Part shown: piece by piece, positions 43,001-55,000 of the stretch
How the letters are laid out: the number at the start of each line of letters is the position of its first letter
How positions within the stretch are numbered: the stretch's first letter is position 1
Assembly: GCA_963714085.1 (NCBI GenBank)
Contig: OY970229.1
Coordinates: 312,392-376,391 of the forward strand
Source: an uncultured Candidatus Micrarchaeota archaeon
GTDB taxonomy: Archaea; Micrarchaeota; Micrarchaeia; Anstonellales; Bilamarchaeaceae
Length of the DNA stretch: 64,000 nt
Direction of reading: 5' to 3'
Position numbers and translations under genes: made by a program
Notes under the pieces: generated by a model
Seen by the model: the letters and a program-made list of their open reading frames with translations, nothing else
What the model was told of the DNA's origin: nothing
The model's database searches: none

Positions 43001-46000
43001 CGGGCTCGTGCCGCTGTTGCTGGCCGCGTCGGTGCAGGACACGCTCCAGGTGTGGAAGCCGCCGGACAGGTTCGAGCCGCCAAGGGTCGTCGGGGTGTTG
43101 TTGGTCGCCGTTGTGGTGTTGACAGTTATGCCGTCGATGGTGAGGTTGCATGAGGCGTTCGTGTAGACCGGGTCCGTCTCGTTGAATGTGAAGTTCAATG
43201 CCGTCTGCGAGGTGGTGAAGCCGTTTGTCGGCGAGTTGAGGAACACTGTCGGGGCGGTGGAGATTACGCTCAGGTTGAAGGTCTGGCTCGTTCCAGTATT
43301 GTTGGCATGGTCGGTGCACTGGACGTACCAGGTGTAGTTCCCGTCGGCCATGCCGTATACCGTGAGGACGGTCGCCGTGTGGTTGGATGCCAGGGGATTC
43401 GTGAGGTACAGGGTGTCGTCGATGAAGAGGGAGCAGCTCATCTTAGCGGCCAGGTTGTCCGTCGCCGTGAAGTTGAATGGGACCGTGGATGTGCCGGAGA
43501 TGGTCGGGGAGTTGAGGGTCACGTTCGGAGGCGTCGTGTCCACCGTGAAGTTCCTCACTGGGCTGATGCCCGTATTGCTGGCGGCATCGGTGCAGGAGAT
43601 GCTCCAGGTGTAGAATCCGTCTGCGATGGGCGAGTAGCCCATGGAAGTGGGCGTGTTGTTCGTCGCCGTGGTGTAGTTGACCGATATGCCGTTGATCGTG
43701 AGGTTGCATAAGTCGGTCGTGTAGACCGGGTCGGTCTCGTTGAAGCTGAAGTTCAGCGCCGTTCTCGAGGTGATGAGGCCGCTGGCCGGGGAATTGAGGA
43801 CCACGATTGGGGCTTGGGTCACGATCGTGAAATTCCTGGTTTGCGAGGTCCCGGTGTTGTTCCCCCCGTCGATGCAATATACGTACCAGTCGTGCTGGCC
43901 TGCGCTTATGTTCGAGACCGGGAAATCGGTCGGGGTGCCGTTCTGAGTCGTCTCGTTGGTCGCGTTCAGCGAACCGTCTATATATAATGAGCAGTTCAGG
44001 GTGGGGGTCGTGCCGGTCGCGTTGAAGAGGAAGTCGATGGAGGTCGTGTTGGTGAGGTAGGCTTCAGGCGGATACATGAGGTCGACCGTGCCCCGGATCT
44101 CGTTGTCCTGGAGTATGGCGTATGTGCCTGCCGGGGCGAGGTTGGTGAGGCCGAGCGTGTCCGCGACGGTGTCCGGGGTGCCGTTCAGCCTGGTCCAGCT
44201 CGAGCCGTCGAACTGCCAGAGCTCGAAGTCGCTGTCGTTGTATCCGCCGAGCTCGGAGTCGTTCCAGCTCCACACGATGGAGTCTATCACCGGCGAGCCG
44301 CCCGTCGTGCTGATGTCCACGAACTTCTGCGCGAAGGAGGACCGAAGGGATGGTGAGGATCCCGGGTCGCTGGCCCAGGATATGGAGTACGATTGGCCGT
44401 CCTGTATGGTGTGGTTGATGGAGAGGTTTGTGTAGTTCTCCATGTCGCCCAGCGGGTTGTCGAAGACCAGGCCAGAGAGGTTCATGGTCATCGGGTAGCC
44501 GGAGTAGTCCTGCACCAGGACATCGTGTCTGTTGTTGGAGAAGTACATGCCTTCCACGGACGTGTTGTCGGAATTCACTATCATGAGGCCTTCAGCGAGA
44601 TTACCGAATACACTGTTGTTAGTGAAGTTATCGTAGTCCGAGACGCTCTCGACAATGATACCATATCCGCCGTTGCCATAGACACTGTTGCCGCTCGCCG
44701 TGTTATTGCTCGCGTCGGTCTCGAGGTGTAGGCCGTCCCCTGCGTTGCCATAAAGCGTATTGTTGATTATCTGGTTGAAGTGCGAAACGTATCCGAGCTG
44801 GAGGCCGTTCGAGGCGCCGCCATATATCGTGTTGTTGATGAATGTGTTGTTGTCGCAATATCCCCACGCGCGTATGCCGATATCCCGGCTTCCGTTCACC
44901 ACATTGCCCGATATCAGGTTATTGCTGTTGCCCATCTGGATGCCCCAGTAGTTTCCGGAGAGCGTGTTGTCCGTTATATTGTTGTAAGAGGCCGAGTTGC
45001 CCATAGCGATGCCGCTCAGGTTGTCGTCATATGCCGTGTTGTTCGTGACATTGTTGTAGCTCGAGCTGTCCGTGATGAGGATGCCGGCGTCAGAGCTTTC
45101 GTATACCACGTTGTTCGACAGCGTGTTGCCGTTGCTGTCGGAGAGCTCGATGTCCCTGTAGTTCCCGTAGACCGTGCTGCCCGTGATGCTGTTGTTGGAG
45201 TTCAACTGGAGCAGGATGCCGTCCCCGCTGTTGTTGTACGCCGTGCTGTTGACGACCAGGCTGTAGTCGCAGTCCTGCCCTATCGCGAGGCCGGCCTGCG
45301 AATCGCCGTTGTAGAACGTGTCGTTGATGAATTCGCCCCCGTCCGAATCGTACCACTCGTTGACGCCGGCCAGCGCGTCCCCGTATGCCACGTCGTTAGA
45401 TACGAGGGTGTTGTCCGTGTCCGAGAACAGTGCGGCGCCGTATTGGCCCGCGCCGGAGAGCGTGTCGTCCGAGATGGTGTCGTTGAGGCCTGAATCCAGC
45501 TCTATGTCTGCCAGGCTGCTGTCGAGGATCGTGCTGTTCGTTATGGTGGAATACTGGAGCGACAATCCCCTGATCCCGTACGTGTAGTTCGCGATGCCCG
45601 GGCAGTTCTGTATAGTGACATTCGTGAGCGAGGGATCGAGGCCGATGCCGTAGGTGGTGCCGTTCAGGCCGTCGTTGGCTATGCTGTAGCCGCCGCAGTC
45701 GTAGACCACGTTTGACGAGGCGATCTTGACACATGCCATGCCAGGGCTCGGCATCTCAGATGCGTCGTTCGGGGCGCCGAAGTAGTCGGAAGGCTGGACG
45801 TAGGTCCCGGGCTCGGTTATGATTTGGCAGTTGGTGACGTTGAAGGTCACGTTCCTCGCTTCGGTGCAGTTCTCGTTGCCGTTGTTGTCCGTCGCGCAGC
45901 CTTGATAGGCGTAGGTGTGCTCTCCGCTCTGCGACGAACCGGACTGGTTGATGGAGAACTGCCATTCGTTGGTGTCGTACTTGTTCAGGTTGGACTCGTA

Positions 46001-49000
46001 GAGCTGCTGGATCTCCGAGGGCGAGAGGGCGCGGTCGTAGACGCGGACCTCGTCTATGGAGCCGTTGAAGTACCTGAAGGGGGTGTTGGCAGCGCTCAGC
46101 TCATTGCCGATTGTGAGGTTGTCTTGCGGCGTATGGGGCGTGGCCGTGCTTGTTCCCGGTGTCTGGATGCCGTTCACATAGAAATGTGTCGTCCCGCCGT
46201 TCCTTGTCATTACGACGTAGTACCATTGGTCTGCTGAAGGGAACGTATAGCCGGAGTCGATACCCGCGACGTAGCCGTACAGCCCTTCCAGCTGGCTCCC
46301 ATTTATTATTCCGATCCCGTACCCTCCCAGATCATTTCCGTTGTATAAGACGAGCTGGTGGTCTGCTCCTTGATTTAGCTCCGGCTTTATCCAGGCCGAG
46401 AGGGTCCAGTCGTCTATTGCGCTCGTGGCACTGCTCGGGGCGAGGAGATAATCGCTGATCCCGTCGAACTGGTATGCGCCGCCGTACACTCCGTTGGGGA
46501 TCCATGTGGGGCAGTCCGGGTCGCTGCACGTGGCGTTGTTGCCGTACTGGCTCAGGTCGGTCACCTGGCTGCCGTTCTCGCCCAGGGCGGAGACGTTGTC
46601 GAAGTTGTACATCAGCACGAGGCTCTCGTCATACGGTGTGTAGTCCGTGCCGTTCCAGTCGTATGTGAAGACGCCCAATGGGAACGTGGTCTCATTCACG
46701 CTGATGTTTATCGGTATCGTGGAGTTGGACGTGACCGTGCCGGTGTCAGGGGTCGGCGGGCTGAATGCGATGAGCGGCGGCGGTGCCACGATCCCGTTCT
46801 GGAGTATTCCGTAGTCGCCTCCCGGGCTCAGGCCGCTCATGCCGAGCGTCTCCGCGACTGTGTCCGGGGTGTCGTTCACCATGGTCCAGCCCGATTCGTT
46901 GAACTCCCAGAGGCTGAACTTGGTCGGGTCGTATCCTGCGGAGCCGTTCCAGCTCCATACGATGGAGTCGATGGACGGCGAACCTTCCAGTGTGGAGATG
47001 TTCACGAACTTCCCCGCGAATGGATGGTAGCCTGCAGGGTGGGATCCTGGGTCGCTGGTCCAGTTCACGGAGTATCCATCTCCATACTCGACGCTGTCGT
47101 TTATGGATAACGTGGTGTAGTCCGCCATGTTGCCCAGCGGGTTGTCGAAGACCATGCCTGACAGGTTTATCGTGTTGGGGAAACCGATATTGTCGCGCAC
47201 CGTCAGGTCGGGGTTGTTGTCGGAGAAGTACATGCCCTGCACCGAGGTGTTGTCGGAGCCATCTATCCACAAGCCGGACATGTTGTTGCCGAACACGCTG
47301 TTGCCGACCAGGGTATTGTCGCCGCCCCCGCCGACGTGTATCCCGCTTTGGTTGTTACCGGACGCGTCGTCGTAGAGCAGGGTGTTGTTGTACCCGCCGA
47401 TGTAGAAGCCTTCGTATGTGTTGCCGGACGCGTTGTCGTAGAGCAGGGTGTTGTTGTCCCCGCCGATGTCGAAGCCGCTCGCATAGTTGTAATTGCCGGA
47501 GGCTGTGCTGCCGGTGATGTTGTTATCCGATCCGTACATCAGGAAGCCGTAGTCGCGGTTATCGCTCGCGTTGATCCCGGAGAACTGCGTTTGCGATATA
47601 CCGTATATGTAGAGGCCGACGTCACGGTCGTTGGTGGCGGTATCGTTGACGAAGCTGGAGTTAGAGACAGAATACAGGACGAAGGTGGCATCGCCATCAC
47701 CAGTGCCGGAATCGTTGGTGGAATTGAATGCGTTTACGTCACCTAGGTCAAAGCTTATCCAGTCGTTGTTCGCGACGTCGTTTAGGGACGTGACATTGTC
47801 GCTTGATTCTATCTCGAATCCTATGGAGTCGTTGTTTGCGGCATCGTTGAGGTATGTGGCGTTGTCGCTTTGTTCCGTATCGAAGCCCAGGTGATTGTAG
47901 GATGAGGAGACATTGGCGACTGTGGTGCCGTTGCTGTAGTACAGTATGAGTCCGTCGTTGTTGAGGGTGTCGGAGCCGTTGACCACGCTGTTCGTGATAC
48001 TAGAGCCGGTCGCATTGCAAAGTTCAATCTCGGCGGTGTCCTGCCCGTCCAATGAAACGGGTTCATCGGAGTAATATATCTGGCGGCCGTCCGAGCTGGT
48101 CGTATCCGTGATGTTGTTCTGGCAGTCGTCCGGGGAATTCGGGTACACGTAGAGGTCGTACTGCCCGTTTTCCATGGCGGTGTTGTTGTACAAGGTATTC
48201 TGGCTGGACCCGGTGAGCGAGATGCCATAGTAGCTGTTGTTGTCGAAGCTATTGTTGGACATGGTATTGTTGTACGACGACTCAAACTGGGCGCCGTCGT
48301 TACGGCTGTTTTCGATGTCATTGCCGGAGATGTCGCTGTCGCTCAATGAACCATAGATGCCGTATCCGTTGCCGACCAGGGTATTGCCGGAGATTTCGTC
48401 GCCGCTCGATGTGGGGAGATAGATGCCCTCGTCGGAGGCGTTGTAGATGCCATTGCCGTATAGGCCTTCGTTGTTGGAATTCTCGATATCGAAACCCGCC
48501 CAGCTGCTGCCGTATATGGTGTTGCCGGTGAAGTTGTTGTAATCCGAGCCGCTTAGGACCACGAAGCCTGCGTATCCCTCGTCAGAGAGATTGTTGTCAG
48601 ATAGCAGGTTATCGCTGCTTGCGCTGAGCTGGATGCCAGAATAGTCCCGGGTGAGGGTATCGTTCGTGAGGTTGTTGTCAGAGCCGCCGTTGAGCATGAT
48701 GCCGGCCGAGCCGGACGGGCCGCTGCCCGACACCGTGCTGTTGATTATGGCCGAATCGGTGTCGGACTCGGCCCAGAGCCCGTAAGTGTAGCCGGAGATT
48801 TGGCAGTTCTGGACCGTCACGTTGTCTAGCGACGAGTCGATGGCGATGCCGTAGGTCGTGCCGACGATGCCCACGTTCGTGATATTGTGGCCCTGGCAGT
48901 CGAAGACCACGTTTGGCGAGGATATCTTGATGCACGTGTTCCCCCCGTCCGGCATCTCCGAGGCGTCATATGGCGCGCCGACATAGTCGTTCGGCATGTT

Positions 49001-52000
49001 GTAGTAGCCCGGGGAGGTTATCTCCTGGCAGTTGGTGGTGTTGAAGGTGACGCTCCTCGTCTCGGTGCAGTTCTCGTTCGCGTTGTCGTCCGTCGCGCAT
49101 GCGTAATAGGTGTAGTTGTATTCCCCGCTCACCAACGGGCTCGGAGCCTGGTTGATGGAGAACTGCCATTGGCCGGTAGCGTACTTGTCGAGGTTGGACT
49201 TGTAGGACTGCTGGACCTCGGATGGCGAGAGGGCGCGGCCGTAGATGCGGACCTCGTCCATTGAGCCGTTGAAGAATTCGCTTGGCTGTGCCCCGTCAGC
49301 GCCTATGAAGAGATTGTTCTGCGGATTTATGGTTCCCGAGAGGGAGCCATTCATATCGAGCAGCCCATTGACATAGGTGTTCACGTATGCCCCGTCGTAG
49401 GTGAGAACGACGTAATTCCATTGGCCCGCGTTGAGTTTGATATTTCCGTCATCGGAGAGACCGCCCGCGTTTGTCCAGATATATATTTCCAGTCTGCCGT
49501 CGCTCGATGGAGCGAATCTTAGGATGTAGGCGCCGTTGTTTTTCACTATCTCCCCGTAATCCCCAAAGCTCGAGGGCTTGACCCATGCGGCGATGGTCAT
49601 CTGGCTGGCCAGCGTTGGAGCGGTCGGAACCGAGAGGTACTCACTCATCCCGTCGAAGGCGTAGGCGCCGCCGTACACTCCGTCCGAAGTCCAGGTCGGG
49701 CAGGTGCCGGGGGCGCAGGTGGCGTTGTCGCCGTACAAGCTCAGGTCCTCGACCGAATTCGGAGCGAGAGCGGAGGAGTCGTTGAAACCGTAGTACAGGA
49801 CGAGCCCGTCCGTATCCGGGAAGTTGAAATTATAGAGGTCGTTCACCTGGCTCGGGGAGAGCGTGTAGTTGTAGATGCGGAGGTCGTCTATGGCGCCCGT
49901 CCAGTAGTTCGCCGGGTAGAAATTCTGGCCGATGTTTGCGGTCCCTGAAGCGAGGTCCCAGACCACGGGCGTGGGACCAGCGACGAGCGTCCCGTTCTCG
50001 TATATCTCTGCGTTGGCCCCGTCATAGGCCAGGCACATGTGCTCCCATTCGTTCTGGACGAAGAAGTCCGGGACGGCCATGACGTCCCCGCCCCATGATT
50101 CGATGGTCAGGTTCGTCCCGCTCCTGATGATGCGGAGCGTGGAGTTCCCGTAGTTCATGGGGCCCATGGTGAGCGCGACCACACCAGGCGGGCTCACGTC
50201 CGACGCATTGAGCCACATGCAGATTGTCCTTGCCGCGGTGCCGCTCGGGATCGGGGGGTTCGTCGTATTCGTATCGAAGCTCAATACCCCTCCGTTGAAA
50301 ACGTAGGCGCCCCCTTGGACGCCGTCCGGGGTCCATGTGGGGCAGGAGCCGCTGCATATGGCGTCGTTGCCGTTCCCGCTATCGTCGGCCACGCTCCGGC
50401 CGAAGGCGGAGGAGTCGTTGAAATCGTAGTACAGGGCGAGCCCGCTGGTGTTGGTGAAACTGCCACTGTAGAGGTCGCTCACCTGGCTCGGGGAGAACGC
50501 GTAGTTGTAGACGCGCAGGTCGTCGATGCTTCCGTTGAAATTGTCCGTGATGCCATAGTAGTCCAAGGCGCCGACAAAATAGGAGTTGCTGGAGCCGAAG
50601 ATGTCCGTATAGTTTCGCGTTCCTGCCGGGACTCCGTCTATATAGAAATCCGCCTCCGAGCCGTTATACGTGACTGCGACGTGGTGCCACCCGGAGGTGT
50701 CTGTGAGAGTGCCTGTGGAGGCGACATCACTAATACCGACATGGGTAAGATGCAGGTTCCCACTTGAATCGAAGAACACCGCCCAGCCGCCGTAATCGCC
50801 CCCGAATATCGCCTGGGTGTTGCCTATGCTGTCCCTCTTGACCCAGGCGCTGAACGTGAAGGGGATGCTATCGAAGTTGTGGTTGGTATTCAGGTAGTCC
50901 TGCACGCCGTCGAACTGGTACGCGCCGCCGGATTTCCCGTTCGGCGTCCACGTCGGGCAGGAACCCGGAACGCATGCGGCATTGTGCCCGTTCCCGCTCT
51001 CGTCGGCCACGCCGTTGTGGAGGGTCCCGGAGGAGTTATCGAAGGAGTACATGAGCATGAGGCTGCTGTCGTAAGGCGTGAAGTCCGTGCCGTTCCAATC
51101 GTAGGTGAACTGGCCGAGCGGGTACGTGGTCTCGTTCACGCTGACGTTTATCGGTATGGTCAGGTTGGACGTGGTTATGCCGCTGTCAGGGGTCGGCGGG
51201 CTGAACGCGATGGCCGGCGGAGGCGCCGCGAGCCCGTTCTGGAGTATGGCATAGACACCTCCCGGGCTCAGGCCGCTCATGCCGAGCGTGTCTCCGACCG
51301 TGTCCGGGGTGTTGTTCACCGTGGTCCAGCCCGATTCGTTGAACTCCCAGAGCTGGAACTTGGTCGGGTCGTATCCTGCGGAGCCGTTCCAGCTCCAGAC
51401 GATGGAATCTATGGATGTCGGAGTACTGCCTTGTTGGGAGATGTTCACGAACCTCTGCGCGAACGAGTAGCGGCCTGGTGGAAGGGCGGCCGGGCTGCCG
51501 GACCAGTTCACGGCGTATTGTTCGCCGTCATTCACCGTGTCGTTGATGGAGAGGTTGGTGTAGTTCTCCATGCCGCCCAGCGGGTTGTCGAAGATGATGC
51601 CGGAGAGGTTGATTGCGAGCGGGGCGCCGAAATCATCTTGCACCTGCAGGTCGTTGCCATTGTCGAAGAGGTGCATGCCCTGCACGGAGCTGTTGTCGGA
51701 GTCGCGTATCAGCAAGCCGGAATAGGAGCTGTTGAATGAAGTGTCGTTGAGCAGGACGTCGTTGGGTTGCCGGTTTACGAGGAAACCTTGCTGGCCATTG
51801 CCGGACGTGACATCATTGGTGAAATTATTCGAGTCTCCCGAGTATATAAGGAAACCAGCATAGAGATTGTCGGACGAGGAGACGTCTATGACGTTGTCCG
51901 ATTGCGAACCGTCCGCAGTGAAGCCGTTTTGGCTGTTGGTCACGTTGATTCCGGAAAAGAGGCTTTGCGTGGTCTCCATCGAATCGAAGCCCCAGGCCGC

Positions 52001-55000
52001 ACCGCTTGCGGTATCGTCGACGAAGCTGGAGTTGGAGACGCGGTATGTAGCGAAACCATCCAGGTAATCACCGGTGACACCGATGGCAGAATCGTTGGTG
52101 AAATTGGCTCCGTTTGAATTTTCGATCCAGAACCCGTAATAACCATAATTGGTAGTGATGTCGTTATCTACGACGTCGTTGAGGCATGTGGCGTTGTCGC
52201 TCCATTCTATGTAGAAGCCGCCGTTGCTATCGTTGTCCGCGACATCGTTGGTGTATGTGGCCGCGTCGCTCCAGTATATGTCGAAGCCATGATAATTGTA
52301 AGACGAAGAGGTATTGGCGACCGTGGTGCCGTTGCTGTAGTACATTATGAGTCCGTCGTTGTTGAGGGTGTCGGAGCCGTTGACCATGCTGTTCGTGACG
52401 TTCGAGCCGCTCGCGCCGCAAAGCTCTATCTCGGCCGCGTCATAGCCGTCCCATGAGACCGGGTCGCTGGAATAATATATCTGGCGGCCGTCCGAGCTGG
52501 CCGTATCCGTGATGCTGTTCTGGCAGTCGTCCGGGGAAGTCGGCACCACGTCAAGATCATACTGCCTGTTCTCCATGGCAGTGTTGTTGTACAGGGTGTT
52601 CTGGCTCGACACGGTCATGTAGATGCCGGAGTTGCCGTTGTTGTCGAAGTCATTGCCATAGACGATAGTGTTGTTGGATGCTGAGGCCAGGATGATGCCG
52701 TACTGCCCATTGTCGGAGGCGTTGTTGTTGTACACGCTGTTGTTGTCGGACGACTCTATATCGATGCCGGCCACACCGTTGTTGTCGGCGGTGTTGTTGG
52801 AGAGCTGGCTGAAACTGGCGTAGTTCAGGTAAAAGCCGTCATTGGAATTGTTGAATGCGATGTTCTGGGTGAGATTGGTCCCGTTCACGGGATAGTTGTT
52901 GTCCTGGACTAAGTAGAAACCGTTCCCGTTGCTATAGGCGGTATTGCCGCTCACCGTGCCGTTGTCCGCCGCATACTCGAAATAGATGCCGGCGCCGCCG
53001 TTGCCGTAGGCTGTGTTGTTGACCAGTTGGTTGAAGGTGCAATGGTCCCCGATTCCAAAGCCCCATGCGCTATTGCCATATGCGGTGTTGTTGATGAACG
53101 TGTTGTCGTCCGCGCTCCACCACGCGACGACGCCCCCTTCCGCGTTCCTATATGCCACATTGCTTGATACAGTGTCGTAGTCGTCTCCGGCCAACCGCAT
53201 GCCATCGTTGCCGTTCCCATAGAGCGTATTGTCTGTGACATTGTTGTTGGAGCCGCCGTCCAGGAAGAGCCCATACCAGTGGTTGCCGAACGCCGTGACG
53301 TTCGTTATGGTCGAATAGCTGACGAACTGCGTCTTGACTCCGAATGTGTAGTCCGAGATGCCCGGGCAGTTCCGTATGGTCACGTTCGTGAGCGAGGGGA
53401 CCGCCGCGATGCCGTAGGTGACGCCGCTCACACCGGTGTTGGTTATGTGATAGCCCGCGCAGTCGAACACCACGTCGGACGAGTTTATCTTCACGCAGGC
53501 CATGGCACTGCCATCTAGCATCTCCGAGGCGTCGTTCGGCGCGCCCGTGTAGTCGTTCGTCATGGAATACGAGCCCGGCGAGGTTATGACCGGGCAGTTG
53601 GTGGCGTTGAAGCTCACGCTCCTCGTCTCGGTGCAGTTCTCGTTGCCGTTGTTGTCCGTCGCGCAGGCCTGGTAGGTGTAGTTGTACTCGCCGCTCGGCA
53701 GACCGGTGGGGCCCTGGTTGGCGGAGAACTGCCACTGGCCCGGAGCGTATTTGTACAGGTTCGACTCGTAGAGATCCTGGACTTCCGAAGGCGAGAGGGC
53801 GCGGTCGTAGACGCGGACCTCGTCTATGGAGCCGTTGAAGTACCAGTAGGCCCAGCCCCAATCCTCATATACCTGCCGCCCGATGTACAAGGGACTATCA
53901 GCGGTCGTGAATGCATACGGCTGGGATACGAGGAAGGCGCCATCGCCATACAGGAGCACATCCGTACCGTTGTACTCGGCTACGACGTGGTGCCATAGGC
54001 CATCGTTCACCTTGAAGGATGTGGAGACGTCGGATTCATATCCTACGAGATAAAGATCGCCCGGACCTGCGACCGAAACTTCCAGATCGAATGCGTTGCC
54101 CTGACCAACGCTGCCCCAGCCAGCCAGACTCTGTCTGCCCGTGCCCGTGGTTTTCACCCAAAGGGAAAGGGTTCTTGGGCTGGAACCGGTTATCCCGACG
54201 TCATTGGAGCTTGAAAGATAATCGCCTATGCCGTCGAACGAATAGGCGCCGCCGTACCTGCCGTCAGACGTCCATGCCGGGCAGGAGCCGAAGGCGCACG
54301 TGGCATTGTCGCCGTACAAGCTCACGTCCTCAATCGAATTCGGAGCGAGAGCGGAGGAGTCGTTGAAATCGTAATAAAGGACGAGCCCGCTGGTGTCGGT
54401 GAAATTGCCGCTGTAGACGTCGTTCACCTGGTCCGCGGAGAGCGAGTAGTTGTAGACGCGGACGCCGCTTATGGAGCCGTTCCAGTGCCAGTTGAGGTCA
54501 CCGGACAACCCCACGAAAGCGTTTCCGATCTGGACGTTCCAGCTTTCAGGAGTGGGGGGCGTGATGTTCTGGCCGTCCGAATAGACTTCGGCGTCGGTCC
54601 CGTTGTATGTGAGGCAGATATGCGTCCAATTGTTCGAGCCGACGTCACACCAGTAGTTCGTGACAAATATCTCGGACCCGGTCTGGCCCACTCCGAGATC
54701 GCAGTTTTCCCAGCGTTTGCCCATCCATATGCCCGAGGAAGTATACCAGTCACCATAGGATATGATTGGCTGTACGTCGTCCACGGCGCTCGTGTCGGTG
54801 TCGTTCGCCCACGCGCACACCGTGAACGGAGCGCTGCCGGATGGAAGGACGCCAGGATTGCTGATGTTCAGGAAGTCATCCGCTCCGTCGAACTGGTATG
54901 CGCCGCCATACGCTCCGTTGGGGGTCCACGTCGGGCAGTTCACGCCCGGGGTGCACGTGGCGCTGTTGCCGTTACCGCTCTCATCGGCCACGTTCGGACC

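Noticed and set aside
26039-44095. Regularly spaced repeats that could superficially suggest a CRISPR or satellite array.
   Set aside because: The period is ~282 nt with no short direct repeat/spacer structure. The repeats are in-frame, diverged at synonymous-like positions, and translate into complete Ig-like domains inside one ORF.
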